Of a stretch of 64,000 nucleotides of DNA, positions 55,357 through 64,000 are shown piece by piece. This DNA is from Dimorphilus gyrociliatus (taxonomy: Eukaryota; Animalia; Annelida): contig CAJFCJ010000002.1 of the NCBI GenBank assembly GCA_904063045.1, forward strand, positions 1,168,185 through 1,232,184, given 5' to 3'. Position numbers and translations under genes: made by a program. The first letter of the stretch is position 1. Each line of letters starts with the position of its first letter. Below the pieces are notes generated by a model. That model was not told where the DNA came from. It made no database searches and saw only the letters and a list, made by a program, of their open reading frames with translations.

Positions 55357-56811
55357 ATGGGTAAGTGAAGTACTAGCGCATACACACTTTCGTTAAAATT
55401 AAGTGGCGATACTAACCTTGGATTGATGTTTTAGAGGAGAAAAACAGGCCATGCCAATTACAGGAAGTGAGCATAAAAATCAAAGATGAGAGGAAGACGG
55501 AATCTAAGACCGTTGATATTGATATTGGATGCCTGAAATTAACCAACCTACCCCAATCTCAACAATTCCTAATTTTAACAATTGGAGTTATGCTGTTCTA
55601 TTTAATTTATGGTTATTTTCAAGTAATCTATTCAATAACTTGTTTCACTTATGAGATTTACATTAATTATTCATATTCCTGACGAATAGGAATTAATGTT
55701 TAGGCTAGAGGGGTTCCGGCCATATGGTTGGTATTTAACTTTAATTCAGTTTGGCTATTATTCAATATTTGGAACAATTGAATTATATTCAAAAAAGACA
55801 ACGAGAAGGAAAGTTCCTCTAAAGACATATTATTTTCTGGCATTTTTGACAGTAGCCACTATGGGTCTATCAAATTCATCACTCGGCTATTTAAACTATC
55901 CCACTCAAGTAAGTGAAGAGAATGCCACACCCCCATTTTTGTTTAAAACTTTAATTTATAATTACTTTTAGATCATATTTAAATGCTGCAAGCTCATTCC
56001 TGTCTTAATAGGTGGTATAATAATTCAAAAGAAAAAGTATACAACACTTGATTTTGCTGCTTGTGCCTGTATGAGTATTGGTCTCATCTTTTTTACTTTA
56101 GCTGATAGCAGTGTTTCACCCTCTTTTAGCCTTTACGGTATGAAAAATAACCTATAGAATTACTATATATATTTGTATTCATCTTGTATTTGCGCTTTAC
56201 TAGGTCTCATGCTCATATGCTCAGCTTTGGTTGCCGATGCAGTCATTGGAAATGTTCAGGAGAAAACAATGAAAGAGTTCTCATCAAGCAATTCGGAGAT
56301 GATACTCTATTCATATTCAATAGGCTTTGTTTATATTCTTTTTGGTCAATTGGCGACCGGACAATTTTGGAGTGCCTTCTCATTTTGCTGGCAACATCCT
56401 TTTCAAACATATGGTTATGCGCTAATCTTCTCATTTACTGGATATATAGGTCTAGTTGTTGTATTGAGCTTAGTAAAATCTTTTGGAGCGCTTATAGCTG
56501 TAACTGGTAAGTAGTTAAAGATGATATGAATATTTAAGTTTTTGTGCTTTTAGATAATTAGCTAGTAATTTTCGCATTATCTTACAGTGACTACCTGTCG
56601 GAAGGCTATTACAATTATCCTGTCGTTTATGTTCTTTACAAAACCTTTTACACCGCAATATATATGGTCGGGAATAGTTGTTGTTCTGGGTATTTACTTG
56701 AATGTCTACAGCAAGAATAGAACATCTTGGGATCGAGCATTTGTTAATTTCTATCATCGATATTTTATTAGCCGACGAAGCTTTTCAGATTCAGTTCAAA
56801 ATATTGTTTGA
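55357..56811 (+). CDS. SLC35B3: PAPS transporter 2
   Basis: FYLIYGYFQE, GWYLTLIQF, SLGYLNYPTQIIFKCCKLIP, ADAVIGNVQEK, VTTCRKAITI. The first coding exon is just ATGG. Confidence 0.95.
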
Positions 56812-56973
56812 ATATGAATAAGTAACCTGTATAGCACGTTTTCTCAAACGCCTGTGTCTAATATGTATTCTCTATTGAAAAGAAATATTAACATACTACT
56901 TAAATATAATAATCTTGGCCCATAGTATACAAATATTGTATTTACTCAACCCACTCACATGATCAAGTTTTTA

Positions 56974-56983
56974 GTCACGTGAC
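56974..56983. promoter_or_regulatory. Palindromic E-box/CLEAR-like motif 20 bp upstream of the CERK ATG
   Basis: GTCACGTGAC; related motifs occur upstream of ARFGEF (31048) and twinfilin (43643). Confidence 0.45.
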
Positions 56984-57002
56984 AAGCGCCATTTTTCCAG
57001 CG

Positions 57003-57898
57003 ATGGCGACGGAAGAAGTTTTTGAACCTAATATCACGCCGGAACTGATCTTAAAATGTAAAAAACAACAGGTAGTATCTCTTGGCGATCGCCTAACATA
57101 CTTCTCAAAGAATTCAGGAAATAACCGTGAAAAGTAAATTTATTTAAAACTAGTTGAAGCCTATTTTCTTTATCAATTACCGGAAACAGATCTACTATTC
57201 TATATGAAGATCTGTTAGATGCAAAGATACACAAAAAAGAAGTTACGATAGGATTTATTCGACGACATAAATCGAAAAATATCTTAAAAGTAGATAAAGT
57301 ATCATTCCATGAAATTGAGGGTAGCAATGAATGCACTGAGTTTGTTGACAATGTGTTATCTCGAGCTAAAAACTATTGGCAACGTCGACCTACAAAATTG
57401 AAGGTGATAGTTAATCCTCAATCAGGAACCTTAAAAAAGGGTGAGAGAGTTTATAAAGAAGTTGTACAGCCAATCTTTGAATCAGCTCGCATTGTTTGCG
57501 AAACAGAAGGTAAGACGATTAAAAGTATACATTTGTTGTTTTTTTTTTTGCATAAGTTTAGAATTGTTTAAGTGACTCAAAGTCGAAAGCATGCCCAAGA
57601 AATTTTATCAAAGTGCTGTCTAAATGACTTCGACGGGTACGTCGATCTGATGCAGAATTTGCTTAAAGCTTTAACTTTCGCAAAGTCTTTATTTTGTTTT
57701 AATGCTAGAAAGCTAACAATCGCATAAAGTTAATAACATGCCAGTAGCAATATATATATATGTATATAATAGAATAGAAAGATTCTATTTTCATAGGCTT
57801 CTACTTGATTAGATAACTTGTAAAGTTGCACTTTTAACGTCTAGCAGTAATTTATATCTTCTTTTGTTGTTGTTTTTTTTTTCACTCTCTCATTCTCT

Positions 57899-57943
<45 letters not shown>

Positions 57944-59543
57944 TTTCAATTTTGTCAATCAGGCCATAATAGATAAAAAATATAGTTTTATACTACATTT
58001 ATTACGTACTAATTACTAATGATAGGATATTTTTAGGGTTGTATCGGTTGGTGGAGATGGTACCTTTACAGAATGTTATAATGGAATGATATTAAATCAA
58101 ATGGCCTGTGCTAAGCGTGACATTAATGATCGAAGAAGTCAACTTATTAAACCCCCTATACCAATTGGAATAATACCTTTGGGTTAGTTAATTAGGATAT
58201 TATTTAAATCATAGATAATTTGAGAAAATTTTCCCAATTGAAGGAAGCGGCCAAGGGTGCATAAAAATGGCTATCGGAAGTGTTGATGTAGTAACAGCTG
58301 CATTGCATATTGTCATCGGTAGGTACATGTACATATGCGCGTAAATTAGAGTAATGAAAAAATGATATAATTTGACTCTAATTGCGCCTTATATCCAACA
58401 GGTAAATCTTTTTCCGCAAAGGGCTACTCAGTTCACAGTGGAACGAAGCTCGTCTACTACGGGAATCTTTTGTTCGGCTACGGTTTCTATAGTGACCTAA
58501 TTGAGGAAGGAGAGAATAAACGTTGGATGGGTATTCTACGTTACGGTTTTGGTGGTACGAAGGCATTCTTTAAACATCGCTTATTCAAGGCCAAAATACG
58601 AGTTTTACCTTGGGGTTCAACGCCGAAAGATGGCGCTCTAGATTCGAATTTGAACAATGATCACGAAAAAGAATTTACTGACGAATTTTTTAGTGTAGAA
58701 ATGTATCCCTTTCTCTTTCCCCTTGTTGACCGTCAATTGGAAACCTATTCCCTTCCTCTGTGTAGTCTGTATATGCTAAGAAGTTGCTCAAGAATCGATC
58801 ATTTACAGTTGTTGGCAAAGTTAGCTAGAAAAAAGGACGATACTGTAAGTTTATAAAGAGGCAATTACGTGGGCGGTAGATAGATAATTTTTAGCTGCTA
58901 CTAACAAAAAATTTTCACACGCTTATCATTCACAAATTGTAAGATTTATATATATATATATGCAACATATTGTGGAAAGTGTAACACTGGCTAAGCTCAT
59001 TGTCTAAAAAAAAATATATACAGTATATATATTAGTATATATATTAGTATATAAATATATATATGAACACAATATACACAATATATTGTACACATGAAAA
59101 CGCGCCTGTTATGTCGAGGTAGTGGGTTGTATAGTTGACAGAAACATCAAGCATAAGGAGAACCGTACAACCTACTGGCTTTACTTAACTGAGCGTTCCC
59201 TCTTCGGTATTCATGCAATTAAACCAAAACGACTAATTATCTAATCACAATTTCATTAGCGGTAAATATATATTTATATATATATATATATAAACATTTT
59301 TCTCTTTTTTTCTTTTTACAGTACAGTTTTGATTTCGTTAAGTCTTTTGAGGCGGAAGGTTTCAGCCTCGCAATTGAGCCAGATCCAGACAATCGCGAAG
59401 AAAATAATTCCATAATCATCAATATCGATGGCGATCCATTCCCTGTTAAGAGAGAAGACGTAATCCATGTCAAAATGTACGCTGACATGATAGATATTTA
59501 CGGACCTAGCGCCAGCTGGAATGAAATAAAAGAATTGATGTAA
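57003..59543 (+). CDS. CERK: Ceramide kinase-like lipid kinase (PH-like + DAGK catalytic)
   Basis: RPTKLKVIVNP, VSVGGDGTF, IGIIPLG, AALHIVIG, GYGFYSDLIEEGENKRWMGILRY, NIDGD. Confidence 0.85.
57883..57940. repeat. (CT)n microsatellite in a CERK intron
   Basis: Direct reading of the sequence. Confidence 0.9.
59101..59195 (+). ncRNA. let-7: let-7 family pre-miRNA hairpin (intronic)
   Basis: 5p arm CGAGGTAGTGGGTTGTATAGTT (59115-59136) matches let-7 at 20 of 22 positions. The 3p arm CCGTACAACCTACTGGCTTTAC (59163-59184) pairs with it. There is a lower stem and a GGAG in the loop. Confidence 0.93.
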
Positions 59544-60312
59544 TCATTTCAAGATTATTATCGAATAAAATAAGAAAAAGCTTAGATTTAAACATTGTTG
59601 CATGCTTCGTAAATTGATAATTATCTACTCGTCTCAGACATGCGACAAACAGCGGTCGCTCCGACAATTAGCGTTCTTACGGTAGTTGAACGTTAAGCGT
59701 TTCGGACGTCTGTCGCCCTAGTTGGCGCGCGATAAACCTTCAAGAATGGATGTCAGACAAACAACGCAATTAAAAGTTCAGACTAATTATTCCGCTCGAC
59801 GGGAAGCGTTTATTACCTAATCAGTGAGTCTGACGCCCCGGTAAAAACGACAAAAGTAAGTGTATATTTTACGCGCGTGAGTCGGCTTGAAAACAATCAG
59901 AGATGAAGCGCTCTAGGAGAAATCGCATTAGAAAATTGATTGCATTTCGCGCGCTGAAAGCACAGTAATAAAATATCTCGCTTAATCAAGGAGAAGCTTG
60001 TCTATTGACACACTGATCACGCTAGTTGCATTCTTCCACCACTTACCTCTTAATTAACGAACTAATCGCGTTTTAGAAGCAGAATAGAAAATTTAAATGT
60101 TGCGCATTTTGGCGTTTTAGTCCATTTTTGCATCAAAGCACGTAAATGATCAAGCGCTGATTGGCCCGCTTTCTCATTATGCAAGATTTTGGGCGGAGCT
60201 ATCGGAGACGTTTGCACGGTGAAAAAAGAGGAGAGAGTAATTCGTCCGTGATCTGTCTAAATGAACAGCACTTGTTGACTAGCGACGTCTTTTCTATATT
60301 TACTTATTCGCC

Positions 60313-62039
<1,727 letters not shown>

Positions 62040-62214
62040 GAAAATAAGGAAATAGGAGAGGAAGTAGAAGAGAACTTTTACTGTTCATATAAATTGTACA
62101 GAACAATTCCCCCCATAAGACATGCATATCTATATCTTAAAATTATCCTCATATTATGTAATATACGGTGTATATGCTTATTAAATAATCTACCGTGTAC
62201 GATGGAGCATACAA

Positions 62215-62217
<3 letters not shown>

Positions 62218-62256
<39 letters not shown>
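62218..62256. repeat. (TA)n microsatellite downstream of Bsx
   Basis: Direct reading of the sequence. Confidence 0.9.
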
Positions 62257-62259
<3 letters not shown>

Positions 62260-64000
62260 AGATATCTCTATAGTATAAATATAGTTATATAAATATATGT
62301 ATGGTATAAACAAATACAAATATATTTAATACACTTGTTTCAAAAAAACTGTATAATCTTATTAAGAAGGGTGTAAAGTCGATTAGGGACGCTAATTAAT
62401 CGTGAGCTAAATTAATTCCTTCTTTTAACTGTGCATTGTGTACATAAATACATCTACAGGACAATGCTTAGAAGCGGAGTGGTACGATTAAATTAGCGCT
62501 TTTTGCCCGATTCGTCTTTGTTTAATTAGGGAATTTTCTGCGCGATTAAACTAATTAGGACGCGTTTTACGCGGGTGTTCCGCAAAATTACGGTCGTGTG
62601 AAACGAAATCATACATATACATATAAGCACGCAAACTTTTACATAGACATTCGCAATCGTTAATTAGACGTTCAATTACGACACCTAGCGATCGTCGTTC
62701 GAGGACGTTCGTGTCAAGTTGCGTTCGCCTCTTGAAAGGATTCGCCATTTACGGACCGGCGCCTAAGTGAAATGATAATAAATTGCCGTAAATTGGGCAA
62801 GAAGACTCTTGCTCCTTTCTAATAGTTTCTATGTAGGTATTTATAGATTGAATATTCAACTTCTTATATTCTTTCGACTTAAAGGCAGAAAAATCCTATT
62901 GCGATCGCTTAAACGAAATAAACGACAGTAGGGAAAAAATGACAAGTGTACAAACGCCTCAATCAAAGCTTCTAGTCACGCGACCGCCAAGAGCTTCTCC
63001 ATTCTCCGACAAACCTAGTTTACGCAAACTCAATTACTTCTCATCACCGCCATTCACAAAGGCAGTCGCCTACAAAAATCATGAATCGGCCAACGTTTGG
63101 GACTCATCCTCTTTCCTTGTCTTTGTACACACCGCAATTAAGTACGATTATGTTATTTAAAGCAGTAATTGCCTCGTCATTTGTGCGTTGAATTTCTCTT
63201 TGCACTTCCGAGAGAAGAAGTAGCCTTAGGGGTTTTATATATCTATAAAGCAATATATAAACATATGCAGAATGGCTCGTAGAAGAGTTTAATATGCGTA
63301 GAAATGTTAGAAAATCAAATATTACATCTTTTCCGAACGTGTTTTTAGACAATGTACCTCTTTTATTATATGCTACTTAAGTCTTTTCACAACTCGTACG
63401 AGCTTCTCAAGCGCCTTATTCTTATCTCAAGTAAAGCTCTATTCTACTTCATTGTATCTCCTCCTTTTTCTATCTTGATTCCATATAATCTACACGAGTG
63501 TAAGTGAACGTACTAATCCCGTTCAACATTAGGAAATTTACCCACTTTAATAGATCTGCGTTACCAAGTTTTTATAACAGTAATCTTTACGAATTGTATT
63601 ATGCAAACAAGCGTTTTCCCAATAGAAAAACGCAACAGAATCAATTAATTAACAATAATTAGTTAGTAAATACAGTACATATACTTATCATTATTATTAT
63701 CAAATTTGTAAAACTTTTACATTTCGCGTACACATAAACACCCACACGGACGCCATATTTGCATAAATAAAGATATACGTTTGCACTGATAAATGATCTG
63801 TATGTGTATTTAAGTTATTAATTAAACATATCACTCATGTATAATAGTGTTTTTTACATATGTACACAGATAGTTTAAATGCAAAAAATACTATACATTG
63901 TTATATATATAGATATATATATATACTAAAATAGATACTATATTACAATAGAGAATATGTAACTAAACGCATCTACAGATGCGCTATATATTAATATATA

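Noticed and set aside
57600-60300. miR-100 and miR-125 cluster partners of let-7
   Set aside because: Searched by eye on both strands and found no matching arm. An Infernal search is needed to exclude highly diverged copies.
62900-63520. ORFs 62939-63160 (+) and 63104-63352 (-), and a possible spliced minus-strand gene
   Set aside because: The upstream segments have stops in all frames or need an intron of about 22 nt, and no domain is recognisable.

Overview
This is AT-rich, gene-dense animal genomic DNA with very short introns (mostly about 45-70 nt) and tiny intergenic gaps. That fits a miniaturised invertebrate genome such as the annelid Dimorphilus gyrociliatus, but the species is an inference. 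I hand-spliced about 22 protein-coding genes: an FN3 protein, two head-to-head DOMON/cytochrome b561 paralogs, an orphan ORF, NASP, BTF3, REX1BD, a double-PHD+SAM protein, ACSS2, EPB41/coracle, ARFGEF (BIG1/2) with a nested antisense STPG-repeat gene, a Src-family kinase, twinfilin, an RDH-type SDR, MRPS2, an unknown PAM2-motif protein, Mcr/TEP, NEDD8, SLC35B3, a ceramide kinase-like gene and Bsx. There is also a partial EPB41 duplicate. Features missed by the ORF track include a variant let-7 pre-miRNA in a CERK intron next to Bsx, a C/D snoRNA in BTF3 intron 1, a mutually exclusive exon pair in ACSS2, cassette exons, a GC-AG intron and recurrent CTCF-like motifs. I saw no tRNA, rRNA, CRISPR array or intact transposon. 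Coordinates were derived by eye and may be off by a few bases.
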